This document shows positions 12,418-24,530 of a stretch of 64,000 nt of DNA, piece by piece. The notes below the pieces were generated by a model. It saw only the letters and a list, made by a program, of their open reading frames with translations. It had not been told where the DNA came from and did not search any database. A program made the translations under genes and the position numbers. Position 1 is the stretch's first letter. Every line of letters begins with the position of its first letter. The stretch is from the NCBI RefSeq assembly GCF_006345805.1, contig NW_021833253.1, positions 14,947 through 78,946 on the forward strand, written 5' to 3'. Origin of the DNA: Octopus sinensis (taxonomy: Eukaryota).

Positions 12418-13880
12418 GCAGGGTAAGGACAATACTTAAGACAGAGCTAAACGCAAGAAACACAACCAAAGCGATCAATACTTTAGCCATACCGGTCGTG
12501 ACTTACAGTTTCAATATCGTTAACTGGTCAATTACTGAAATCTGTAATCTTGACAGAAAAATACGAAAACTGTTGACAATGCATAGAATGCACCACCCTA
12601 AGGCTGATATAGAGCGACTTTATCTGCCAAGAAAGGAGGGAAGTCATGGTCTTTTACAACTGGCAATAACAATGAAGATTGCTACGATTGGCCTAGACAC
12701 CTACCTGAAAAAGTCTGAGGACTGGATGTTAAAACTTGTCTCAAAACATGAAAACAAGAAAGCATCATACTTAGTAACAAAACCGGCAAAGGAATATCTA
12801 AGTGAATTCCGAATACAACAAATTTTGGAATTAGACACACAAGAAACAAGCACAGAAAAAGCTAAGCGCATGAAAACACATGCTAAAACTGCTGCCTTAG
12901 ATATTCTTACGGATAAATGGCAAGAAAAACCTCTCTATGGCAAATACCCAAAGAGAGTGAATGATGCAGATGTTGACAAAGCCCTGACCCATCAATGGCT
13001 TAAAATCTGAAACAGAGGGGTTTATCATAGCAGCTCAAGATCAATGCCTACCAACAAGAAACTACCAGGCCAACATATTAAAGATCAGAAGCAGTCCAAC
13101 GGGTCGTGTATGCAAGCAACAAAATGAAACCATTGACCATGTTGTCTCCAAGTGCAGTCTTCTAGCACCTACAGAGTATCTCAACAGGCACGATAGAGCT
13201 GCACAATATATTCACTGGGTAATCTGTAAAAACCTGGATTTGCCCCATGAAAAAAACTGGTGGGAACACAAACCACCCCCAGTGCTTGAAAATGACCACA
13301 TCTCACTCCTCTGGAACTTCACCATTCAACTGTCAGATAGATGCAAATAGGCCAGACATCATATTGAAAGACTTCAAACAAGAACATGCCTCCTCATTGA
13401 TATGACTGTCCCAATCGATATAAACGTATCTGTCAAGACCTACCAAAAACTGAGCAAATATAAAGATCTTGAAATAGAAATCAGCAAAATGTGGAACCTG
13501 AAGACTAAAACAATACCTGTTGTCATAGGTGCCCTGGGAATGATAGCAAAAGGGGCTGATAGCTACCTAACTCAGATACCAGGAAACCCAATAATGGCAG
13601 AAATTCAAAAGATAGTGCTCATGGGAACTGCTCATATCCTACGCAAAATACTTTGTATGTAATCTCAAGGTTTAAAACAAACATAATTTTCAGTTTAAAA
13701 AAAAAAATTAAAAAGAAAAATTTTTTTAGACATTCATTAGTACAACACCCCCACCCCCCAAATATATGGCACACTAGGTATAACAACAACATGAACTTCC
13801 AACCCTGTTGTCTCTTGAGATCTCTGGGTGAGACTTGGAGCCAACTTGTACAAATATAAAGCAAAAGTCAAACATAGAAT
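12418..13880 (+). mobile_element. 5'-truncated R4/Dong-like RLE LINE (copy 1) ending in (TAA)n
   Basis: MHHPKADIERLYLPRKEG, a CCHC finger (CRVCKQQNETIDHVVSKC) and the endonuclease motif RPDII..LIDMTVP. The 3' UTR runs into the TAA array. Confidence 0.88.
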
Positions 13881-13919
13881 AATAATAATAATAATGATAT
13901 TAATAATAATAATAATAAT

Positions 13920-13963
<44 letters not shown>
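13878..13963. repeat. (TAA)n microsatellite
   Basis: Seen directly. Confidence 0.95.
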
Positions 13964-13965
<2 letters not shown>

Positions 13966-14510
13966 GCCCTGATGCAGTACCAGGCAGTGGCTTCTGATCT
14001 TAACTGATTGGAAGTGTTATCATGTACATTGTTTTGTCTTGGTATAAAAGATGGGCTACAGCAAATATTCTGCTCAATACCACAGATTTGCTTGTCAGTT
14101 GTTTGACCTTAACCAGTTGAGCATGTCCCTTAGTGGCTGACGATATGTGCATCTCTGATCACGAGCAGAAGTAGTGGGGGAGCATCATAGCCATGTGTTG
14201 AGAGGGATTCTTTGGGGTTTGAATAGTTCACCTCTGGAAACATGGGTGGTTCTTTCAACATCCTTAAACAACCCTTATTCAGGGACCGTTTGAGCGGGAT
14301 GGGCTACTCAACCTGAAGAAAATTCTAACTGGGCCCCACCTGCAAGGTCATGTGCTGTTTATCTTGATATGAGATCACCATGTCGCGCACATATGGTTGT
14401 GATGCATGTGCCTGGTGTACCTTTATCAGACGGGTAGTCATGATGGGTATATTGGGCTTCGTAAATTTTACCCCAGTGTCACTTTGATGGCATGAACTGC
14501 TCTCTCACTC
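13964..14510. mobile_element. Non-coding ~550-bp repeat-like element flanked by (TAA)n on both sides
   Basis: Sharp boundaries against TAA arrays, higher GC than the flanks, and no ORF. Confidence 0.55.
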
Positions 14511-14706
14511 AATAATAATAATAATAATATAATAATAATAATATAATAATATATAATAATAATATTAATAATAATATAATAATAATAATAATATTAATAA
14601 TAATAATAATAATAATGATGATGGTGATGGTGATGATGATAATGATGATGGTAATGGTGGTGAAAATGATGATAGTGATGGTAATGGTGATGATAATAAC
14701 AATAAT
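14511..14706. repeat. (TAA)n/(TGA)n compound microsatellite
   Basis: Seen directly. Confidence 0.92.
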
Positions 14707-14799
14707 AAGCCGACTACGGCTGCTATAATGGTACGATTATAATTGTAACGGCAATGATGGCCGTCTCCCCACGAGCCAATCAAAGCTAAAAAATGATAA

Positions 14800-15195
14800 C
14801 ATTATCGTAGCACCAAAATGTTTTTGGAAACTAAAAGGAAAACTAAATCAGTATACCAAATCGCTTGTCCTATGGTTAATCTGGAAGCGCGTCCCCAGGG
14901 AAGAGCCAGCCTGGGATCGAAAAGTCATCAACTGGCACAAACTCTCTCCGAATACGGACATGGATGGTCACTTGAACGGGAAATCCCCCAACTCGAGCCC
15001 TCCAAGTTCACCACCACAACCACCACAGAAAGAAAAATGTAAGCGGAACAAATGGACCCGAGAAGAGTATAAAGAAGTAATATATGCTTATTACTATGCA
15101 TTAGGTAGGCCATCTCAAGAGAGACGCACCGCAAACTCTTACAGTATATGGAGAACACGGAATCAAGACAGTAGGCCCTATTTGGATTTTAGTTT
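14800..15195 (+). mobile_element. 5' fragment of an R4/Dong-like LINE ORF
   Basis: N-terminal KCKRNKWTREEYKEVIYAYYYALGRP motif. Confidence 0.6.
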
Positions 15196-15373
15196 AACTT
15201 AAAAAAAAAAAAAAAAGTTTAAGAAAATGAACGAACTATTGAGTTTGGTTTAATGGCCTACCAATGTATACTATGAGTTTCTTTGCCCTAGGAGTCGGGA
15301 AGACACTCGGCAAGAAATGGAAGAAAATTTGAAAGAAGAAAAAAAAAATAATAATAATACTAATGATAATGAT

Positions 15374-15433
<60 letters not shown>

Positions 15434-15435
<2 letters not shown>

Positions 15436-16695
15436 GAGCAATACTCAAGACAGAGCTGAATGCAAGAAACAGGATCGAAGTGATCAATGCTTTAGCCATA
15501 TCAGTCGTGACTTACAGTTTCAATATCGTTAACTGGTCAATTACTGAAATCTGTAATCTTGACAGAAAAATACGAAAACTGTTGACAATGCATAGAATGC
15601 ACCACCCTAAGGCTGATATAGAGCGACTTTATCTGCCAAGAAAGGAGGGAAGTCATGGTCTTTTACAACTGGCAATAACAATGAAGATTGCTACGATTGG
15701 CCTAGACACCTACCTGAAAAACTCTGAGGACTGGATGTTAAAACTTGTCTCAAAACATGAAAACAAGAAAGCATCATACTCAGTAACAAAACCGGCAAAG
15801 GAATATCTAAGTGAATTCCGAACACAACAAATTTTGGAATTAGACACACAAGAAACAAGCACAGAAAAAGCTAAGCGCATGAAAACACATGCTAAAACTG
15901 CTGCCTTAGATATTCTGAATGATAAATGGCAAGAAAAAACTCTCTATGGCAAATACCCAAAGAGAGTGAATGATGCAGATGTTGACAAAGCCCTGACCCA
16001 TCAATGGCTAATAGCCTCTGGCTTAAAATCTGAAACAGAGGGGTTATCATAGCAGCTCAGATCAATGCCTACCTACAAGGAACTACCTGGCCAACATATT
16101 AAAGGATGGCAGTAGCCCAACATGTCGTGTATGTCAACAGCAAAATGAAACCATTGATCATGTTGTCTCCAAGTGCAGTCTTCTCGCGCCTATGGAGTAT
16201 CTCAACAGGCATGATAGAACTGCACAATATATTCACTGGGTAATTTGCAAATATTTGGACCTGCTCCATGATAAAAACTTGTGGGACACAAACCATCTCC
16301 AGAGCTTGAAAATGACCACATCTCACTCCTCTGGAACTTTACTGTTCAAACTAACAGAAAGCTAGATGCAAATAGGTCGGATATTATATTGAAAGACTTC
16401 AGACAAAGAACATGCCTCCTCATTGATATGACTGTACCAATCGATATAAACGTATCTGTCAAGACCTACCAAAAACTGAGCAAATATAAAGATCTTGAAA
16501 TAGAAATCAGCAAAATGTGGAACCTGAAGACTAAAACAATACCTGTTGTCATAGGTGCCCTGGGAATGATAGGAAAAGGGGCTGATTGCTACCTAACTCA
16601 GATACCAGAAAACCCCAAAATGGCAGAAATTCAAAAGATAGTGCTCATGGGAACTGCCCATACCCTACATAAAATAGAATCTATGTAACCCTCAA
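15434..16695 (+). mobile_element. R4/Dong-like RLE LINE copy 2, starting directly after (AAT)n 15345-15433
   Basis: ORFs 15363-16052 and 16281-16688 are paralogous to copy 1. Confidence 0.88.
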
Positions 16696-16827
16696 AACAT
16701 TTTAACCGGCAAAAAGTCAAAATATTTTTAAATGTATATCTTAACAAACACCTTTTCCCGCCATCTTCATGTCAGACTATCATCTTATAATGAAATTACT
16801 TTTGAAGCCATCTTTTAATTTACTTAT

Positions 16828-16839
16828 GTTTTCAGGGAG
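16828..16839 (-). pseudogene. Inactivated copy of the 12-nt microexon (donor GTAAGT mutated to ATAAGT)
   Basis: Long pyrimidine tract, then ccag|CTCCCTGAAAAC|ataagt. Homologous to 22771-22782. Confidence 0.55.
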
Positions 16840-17420
16840 CTGGAGGGGAGGTGGAGGAGCAATGAAGAGAAAAGTGGAGAAAGAAGGAAAGAAAGAAAGA
16901 GAGAGAGAAGGAAAACGATAAAGAAAGAAAAGAAACGAAAGAAAGAAAACATGTAAACAAAAACCCATTTGTCATGTTACGGCCTTTTAACGCCGCACCC
17001 AAGAAATCAAAATGAAAGCAATAAAATTAAGACAGAAAATGAATCTCAGTAAAAAAAAATGACGTAACGTGTAAATATATTTCCGTGATCAACAAACATT
17101 ACAGAGTAACCTTTTACTAAAGCGGCTTCAATTAATAGAAAACCTGTTGGGAAATCTTGGATAAATAATTCCCACGTTTTCGATGATAACAAATTATTCC
17201 GATTTCGCTAAAAACCACACGGCACTTCAAACTTCGAACTTGTCCCTCCCACCCCGCATTTATCAATGTATACAGGCATTGTATAAGTGTATATGTATGA
17301 AATGTATACTATATCTGTATGTACGTATGTATTACATCGATCAATAAAGAACCGAAAGAAAAATAGAATCTGTTTATTCAGAGATTCTTTCAAGCCAAAT
17401 CCAAACAAGTTTCCACATAC

Positions 17421-17564
17421 CTCTTCGGTTGCGTCTCACTACAACTTCTGTTTCAATCCTAGCCCGGATTTGCTATATATTTTCATTCTACTGGGGCGGT
17501 GGTCATTTGCCAGAAATGCCTCCATCGTCTTAAATATCAACACGAAACTGGCGTGTTAGTATCC
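17421..17564 (-). other. Putative non-coding/5'-UTR exon (144 nt)
   Basis: Acceptor ttgtttcactatcag| at 17565 and donor GAAGAG|GTATGT at 17420. It contains only short ORFs. Confidence 0.5.
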
Positions 17565-17784
17565 CTGATAGTGAAACAATTGTCTTTTTCTAGGGTGTGG
17601 CCTATATGAGGAGATTTGGCTGCCATACGTACACACGCACACATTCTGAAAACGGAGAGGAAACAAATCCATGTAGTTATAATGTAAGGAAAAGTATTGA
17701 AATCGATTTTGTAAAGTATTTGTAAAGCAATGGAGAGACGGGATTAAAGAAATTAAATTAGGAAGATGTAAAACGAAGACTTAC

Positions 17785-17880
17785 CTCGTCACAACTCTGA
17801 GCAAAAGTGAAACTTGAAACTTTATTTGATCGTTTTTAAGCTATTGATTGGTTTAACAACAACTTTGTATGACATCAGTG
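17785..17880 (-). promoter_or_regulatory. Putative first exon/promoter, copy 1 (perfect donor, IRF-E-like, CCAAT, CRE-like)
   Basis: GAG|GTAAGT at 17785/17784, AAAAGTGAAACT at 17803-17814, ATTGG at 17847-17851 and TGACATCA at 17870-17877. The neighbourhood retains CpGs. Confidence 0.5.
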
Positions 17881-19386
17881 TTTTTCCGAGAAAAAGAAAC
17901 ACTTCCCCCTCTGCCCTCTTTTAACACAATTTACCTTGAAATATATTTTATTATTAATTACAACAGACGACATAAAGAAAACTTTTCAAAAGAAGAAAAA
18001 TCTGAAATAGTTTTTTTTATAGGAGACTTTATCTGGTTTTCTCCAATGGCATGTTTTTTCCACAGACCTTCAGTTTATGCGTACACATACACACGCACGG
18101 ACTTAGCTTCGCTCACATAATATTTATTTGGGTCATATCATTGCAAAACCTGACTGCTGTAAGTGGTGAGTCTGGTGACCACACACACACACACACACAC
18201 TACTTTACTGTTCAAACTGACAGAAAGACATGCAAATAGGTCAGACACGATATTGAAGACAAGCAGTATAGCCCGGCTTTTTCTCGAGATTAAGTTTGGA
18301 TTATTAAGCTAATCAAGCTCTTTATTTCAAAGCAAACTAGGTAACATCGACGTCAAATTTGAGTGAAATCCGTTGAAATTGGTAAACTTTTGGCTGAAAT
18401 TTTGCAGACAATTTGATTGGGAAATCCCATAAGGAATCGGTTTATCGATATTTTTCCACTCATCGATTATTTTCTTTTCTTGAACAACTTAAAGCATTCA
18501 AAGATCCCATGAGTCCTAAATAATGCTGGCATCAAGTTTGAACAAAATACAGCAAAATTAGTAGACGTTATGGTTGAAAATGGGGTGTAGCCAATTTTAG
18601 TGGGAAGTCCTATAAGGAATCGATTTTTTAAATCCTGATTAAATGGAAAAGCCCATAAGGAATCTGTTTATTGATTTTTCACCCCAAATAGGACTTAACC
18701 GAACATTGCTGATTCAAAAACATCTATATTTATACTTTAAAGTTGGTTTTCATACCCAACCCAGTTCTGCAGAATCAATGTCGCAACAGGAGCGCATGGG
18801 TTGGGAGTTTGATCAGCAGAGGTGATCAGGCTCCATATGCCAATCCTTTTTAAAACACCACCCCCATCATGTAACCCTACTTGCCCATGGGTTGGGAACC
18901 CTTCCAGCAAGGAAAATAGAATGCCCAAAAGGGCACCCGATCAGTGTGTGAGAAGCGGTTAAGTTCAGATCACAACTAAGTATATATATATATGTGGGCA
19001 ACACACACAAACACATACGTACATACACCTATTGCATACATGTTTTTGCATACCTTTGCCCCTGCGCCTGTCCCACCACCACCTCCTACCCGAGTAATAC
19101 CATCAATTGAAGCAAATTTGGCACCCGGACGTAAGTTTTGCAGGTGGAACAGAGAAGCCTACCTTCTCCCGCAGAGATGTGAGAGTCAGATCTCTCCTTT
19201 CGAAAACATGAACAGCTTCGAAACATTGTTTACAAAATAATAGCTGATCGTTTGCGAAGGAGCGTGTCTACAGTCAACACATAAGTCTTTTGATCTGGTA
19301 ACCTTTGCTATCTCCCATGTTCATGCACGACCAGCTATATATCACTATGAGTAGAGCAACGTATATATATATATATATATACAGGC

Positions 19387-19419
<33 letters not shown>

Positions 19420-19860
19420 TGCATACATGTGTTTTGTACGCATACATGCTCATGCGTGTGTGTGTGTGTGTGTGGCTGAAGCCATTCACACATACATAAC
19501 AAACCCTGTCTGTCAATCACTCACTAAAAGACGAAATTTTAAAATCTGTTATCTCTCTCTCTCTTCCTCCTTCTCCCTCCCTCTCTTTACACCGTCGCTA
19601 GAAGGGGACTTAACTCATATTTGCAAATGATCGTGTATTTCTTTGACTTGAAAATTGTAAGAAGTTATGGCTCAAAATTATTTATCGCTCTTCGCGGGTG
19701 CCTCAGGGGAAAATAATTTGACGAAAATACAGCTACGATTGTGACGAATGTCCTCTTAAAATTTGAGCGACATGCATGCTAATTTGTGGATGTGCATAAA
19801 CTACATTCATGTACACGCACACATATACACACACACACATCCTGCCTTTTATATATACAG

Positions 19861-20610
19861 ATTTTCAGACAAAATCTTGCCTCCTCATTAATATAGCTGT
19901 CCCAATCGACATAGATGTGTCTGTCAAGACCTACCAAAAACTAAGCAAATATAAAGATCTTGAAATAGAAATCAGCAAAATGTGGAACCTGAAGACTAAA
20001 ACAATACCTGTTGTCATAGGTGCCCTGGGAATGATAGGAAAAGGGCTGATTGCTACCTAACTCAGATACCAGAAAACCCCAAAATGGCAGAAATTCAAAA
20101 GATAGTGCTCATGGGAACTGCCCATATCCTACATAAAATAGAATCTATGTAACCCTCAAAACATTTTAACCGGCAAAAAGTCAAAATATTTTTAAATGTA
20201 TATCTTAACAAACACCTTTCCCCGCCATCTTCATGTCAGACTATCATCTTATAATGAAATTACTTTCGAAGCCATCTTTTAATTTACTTATGTTTTCAGG
20301 GAGCTGGAGGGGAGGTGGAGGAGCAATGAAGAGAAAAGTGGAGAAAGAAGGAAAGAAAGAAAGAGAGAGAGAAGGAAAACGATAAAGAAAGAAAAGAAAC
20401 GAAAGAAAGAAAACATGTAAACAGAAACCCATGTGTCAGGTTACGGCCTTTTAACGCCGCACCCAAGAAATCAAAATGAAAGCAATAAAATTAAGAGAGA
20501 AAATGAATCTCAGTAAAAAAAAAGATGATGATGTAAGGTGTAAATAGATTTCCGTGATCAACAAACATTACAGAGTAACCTTTTACTAAAGCGGCTTCAA
20601 TTAATAGAAA
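19861..20610. repeat. Local segmental duplicate of ~16385-17141 (Dong 3' end + dead microexon region)
   Basis: Near-identical from ~19920 onward, including the LINE/non-LINE junction. Confidence 0.92.
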
Positions 20611-20659
20611 TAAATTATTGTTATTATTGTTATTATTATTATAATATTTATTTTTATTA

Positions 20660-20740
20660 TTATTATTTAGGTCACTGCCTGGAATCGAACTCAGAATTTT
20701 GGGGTTAGTAGCCCATGCTCTTAACCACTACGCCACATTT
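20660..20740 (-). mobile_element. Short tRNA-derived element with (TAA)n tail, homologous to the PLE pLTR segment
   Basis: A box TGGCGTAGTGG at 20735-20725 and B box AGTTCGATTCC at 20691-20681. Confidence 0.7.
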
Positions 20741-20744
20741 GGAA

Positions 20745-21235
20745 ATCTTGGAACGCAAACCCCAATATCAGCAGCGGGGCCCGGCAACATATGCTGGTTT
20801 ACCCCCACCGCATCATGCTGATTCCGTACCCATTTGAACAACATTAAATTCACTCATCCGTCCACACAAACACTCTCCAAGCTTTCCTGTCCTTTTTAAA
20901 CTCACTTACCTCTCTCACTCCAACACCTCTAGCCACAAAAGCTTTCCTCACTTCATCCATCCACACAAGCCGGGGTCTGCCTCTCGTTCTGCTGCCTACC
21001 ACTTCTGACTTCATCACCCACCTTACCATCCACTCCATGTGGCCAAACCACCTCAATATTCGTCTATCCACTTTGGCTGCTAGCTTTTCTCTCATTCCTG
21101 CTTGCCTTCACACCTCCTCATTGCTCATCTTGTCCGTCTGAGTCACACCAACCATAGCCCTCACACATCTCGGCTCAACACACCTAGTCGCCTCTTTTCT
21201 GCCTCTCTCACACTCCACATCTCTGTAATCATATA
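20745..21235 (-). mobile_element. RTE LINE 3' end fragment
   Basis: LRWFGHMEWM...GSRTRGRPRLVWMDEV (ORF 20850-21095). Confidence 0.8.
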
Positions 21236-22004
21236 ACATTGTTGGTGCAATCACACAACAGCAAAATATTTGAAACTGAAACAATGGTTGTTAATTATGA
21301 ATCAACAAAATTGTTGACTCTATGACATACATTCAGCCATTCTACATCATAAACCCCATCGCCTCCCTCATTTTACCGCCCTCTATTTAGGTTTCCATTG
21401 GTCCGTTCAAAATACCACACTCCGAGAATAATTTTCTCATCAAGCTTTAACAAAGTAAACGAAAATATAACTAGAAAATAACATAGAATTAGAATTTGAA
21501 TCAGCAGCGGGCTGCATGAAAATATTAAGTTGGCCGCAATGTGGCCCATGGTCGACAAGTTTTTCCCACGAGATTTCCAGAACCCAGTAACGAACTCATT
21601 TGCATACAGCCAATCAAAGCTCACTTTGGAAATCCACATACTGTATATTACTGTACAGTCAGTCAGGCATAGAAAGGTGTATGCCACTCTGTGAGTACAG
21701 CATAGCAGGTCTCACATAAGCACCACATTCCACCCACCACCACCATCCTCATAGATCAATTCAGCATCCTCTCTATATAGAGCTTAACATAACATACCTA
21801 CACTCAGAATGTATGGACCTATTTATATATGCCAAGAGGGTGCACAATGACGCAACGCCATATTGATTACGATGTTCCCACATCAACACCAACATTTTAA
21901 ATTAGGAATGTACAAAATCAGTCAAAAAATTAGGAAACTACACTCATTTACATTTTCTAGTAAATTACACAAATTGGCAACACTTGCGGGCATCATCGGT
22001 TAAC

Positions 22005-22595
22005 AGATTGCGAAATTTTTTCCCCACGAGAGTTCCGGACCCCAGTTATGAACACATTTGCATACAGCCAATCAGAGCTCAGCTATCAAAATAGTTTATA
22101 AGCACATAACAAGTGATGGCCGATAAGATAAGGTCACTTGGGCAAGGAACGACTGTTTCTTTTCTCTTTTAATAATGCTTGTTGTTCTGGTTCTTTTTCC
22201 AACCATGGCTGCCTCTGTAACTGTGTTGTTGTTTACTTTGTAAAACAGTAAGGGGGCAGGGTTGCTGGCACATCACCCTCTACCCACATTTTCCCCATCC
22301 ACATCTTTACCACATGGGACCCTAACAAAATCCAATAATAGGTATAGATACAAATCTATCTAATTACTTGTCTCCTTCTCAAATCGGGCATAACTTGGCG
22401 ATCGGTCGACTTAACAACTTAACACCACCGTTCTTAGACTCGAGTTTACTTGGTAGAGTATGTTTTGCCAAGAGATTGGTTGTTTTTAAAACATTCATGA
22501 ATGTTACGACAAGGCCAAGGTGAGCTCTGATTGGTTGTATGAAAATGAGTTCATTACTGGGTTCCAGAACTCTCAAGGGAAAAAAACAAATTTGC
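22005..22595. mobile_element. MITE-like element with ~75-bp inverted repeats; a third arm copy lies at ~21555-21625
   Basis: ccccacgagagttccggacccc...catacagccaatcagagctca at ~22020-22082 and its reverse complement at ~22522-22590. Confidence 0.55.
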
Positions 22596-22770
22596 CTGCA
22601 GACCTCAGGTTGGACATCTCTAGTCTATGTGATCCCCCAAATGTTTTAATCTGCTAACATAGTCAAAATATTTTTATACGTACACAATAGTAATCACCTT
22701 TTACTGCCTTCTTAGCATCAGTCTGTTATCTTATCAAATTAATTTTAAAGCAATATTTTAATTTACTTAC

Positions 22771-22782
22771 ATTTTGAGGGAG
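22771..22782 (-). other. Putative 12-nt microexon with intact splice sites
   Basis: Polypyrimidine tract, then ctgtcag|CTCCCTCAAAAT|GTAAGT. Confidence 0.55.
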
Positions 22783-23200
22783 CTGACAGAAAGGAGGAGA
22801 GAATAAAGAAACAAGAAAAGAAACGAAAGAAAGAAAACATGTAAACAGAAACCCATGTGACATGTTACGGCCTTTTAACGCCGCACCCAAGAAATCAAAA
22901 TGAAAGCAATAAAATTAAGACAGAAAATGAATCGAAGTAAAAAGATGACGTAAAAATCTTTTTACAACCCAAATTCCGATAGAGCCGTGATCAACACCTT
23001 CTGAAATGTATTTCTGGAAAATTTCACTTGGAAAAAAAAAACACACACACACCTGTATATTCTTAAAATTCAGAGAAAACAAATCCACGAAGTTATAATG
23101 TAGTAAAAAGTATTGAAATCGATTTTGTAAAGTATTTGTAAAGCAATGGAGAGACGGGATTAAAGATATTAAATTAGGAAGATGTAAAACGAAAACTTAC

Positions 23201-23300
23201 CTCGTCACAACTCTGAGCAAAAGTGAAACTTGAAACTTTATTTGATCGTTTTTAAGCTATTGATTGGTTTAACAACAACTTTGTATGACATCAGTGTTTT
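23201..23300 (-). promoter_or_regulatory. Putative first exon/promoter, copy 2
   Basis: GAG|GTAAGT at 23201/23200 and AAAAGTGAAACT at 23219-23230. Near-identical to 17785-17880. Confidence 0.5.
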
Positions 23301-23345
23301 TCCCAGAAAGAAAACACTTCCCCCTCTGCCCTCTTTTAACGCAAT

Positions 23346-24373
23346 GGATCTTTTCTGGTTGATAGACGGAATTTTCTAGTTACTAAAAAATTTGAAACTC
23401 GTATACTGGTAGAATGTCTCAAAAGAAAACATTATCGTAAACAAAATTGAAAACAAAATTGTAATTCCTAACTCAAACGTAGTTTAATTTTACGAATTTT
23501 AACCAATGAAATCGCAGCATTCAAGCTCAAATTATTTACTGCGTCTAAAAACTCACACACACACACGTCTTATTCATACTTCTCTCTCTTCTGTCTTCTA
23601 CATGTGCTAGAAATAACAGCTATATCTCTTAAATCGATGAATTTCGTCTCCCAATAAAAATATTAACGATATTTTTTGAATATTTTCTTTATTTTTTTTT
23701 TTTACTGAAAAGGCTTCTCCCATGGTTTTGAAGGGCCAGAAACAACAAAAACAAAACAATAATATGCCTAAATCGGTCTCGAGGTTTCGCGTGGAGTGTG
23801 AGTAGTATTGTAAAAAATTTGAGAAATATTTTTTCATAAAAGGATGCCCCCAGCTTGTCGGAAGCTGTGATATAAATTGGGGAAAAAAATCCTCGACACC
23901 AGTGCGTAATTGGTACTTAATTTATCGACCCCGAAACGATGAAACATTGACCCCTCCCCCTTCTGGTTTATTTACCTTTTGTGCAAATTTGTTGCGGCAA
24001 GTGGCAAAACACGAACGTGTAATGTGTGCGTATGTGTGTGTATGTATATGACCGTTTGTATGTGTGTGTACGCTTATATATTAATTACTATGTGCTTGTG
24101 CAAATGTATATGCATGTGTTTGAGAGAGAGAGAGAGAGAGAGGGAGAGGTGTGTGTCTGTGTGTCGTGCGTCTGCTATATTTCTTTATCAATATCGATAA
24201 CGCAGCAATGCTGGGATTTCATTGGTTAAAATTCGTAAAATTAAACTACGTTTAAGTTACGAATTACAATTTTGTTTAACAATAATGTTTTCTTTTGACA
24301 CATTCTACCAGTATACGAAGTTTCAAATTTTTTAGTTAACTAGAAAATTCCGTCTATCAAACAGAAAAGATCC
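23346..24373. mobile_element. MITE with ~180-bp TIRs (GGATC...GATCC) and 3-bp TSD AAT
   Basis: Long inverted arms at 23346-~23525 and ~24200-24373. The paralogous empty site at ~17930 (acaatttac) confirms the insertion and the AAT duplication. Confidence 0.88.
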
Positions 24374-24514
24374 AATTTACTTGTACGAACATTTTGTGAT
24401 AAAAGTTTATTATTATTATTTACAACAGACGACATAAAGAAAACTTTTCAAAAGAAGAAAAACCTGAAATAATTTTTTTTATAGGAAAGGAAGGTGAATG
24501 TAGGTTAGAGAAGA

Positions 24515-24530
24515 TTTCACTTTCAGTTTT
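24515..24530 (-). promoter_or_regulatory. Triple IRF half-site (ISRE-like)
   Basis: Minus strand reads AAAA-CT-GAAA-GT-GAAA. It is absent from the paralogous copy at ~18020. Confidence 0.45.

Noticed and set aside
12415-12430. Plus-strand splice donor cagg|gtaagg
   Set aside because: It is the LINE coding sequence (RVRTILK) at the 5' truncation point.
14750-14820. HDV-like ribozyme at the 5' end of the Dong fragment
   Set aside because: I could not build the nested double pseudoknot by eye.
17421-17525. MEAFLAND...KQKL**DATEE as the start of a protein (RRM-like)
   Set aside because: Two in-frame stops and only vague similarity. Treated as a uORF or non-coding exon.
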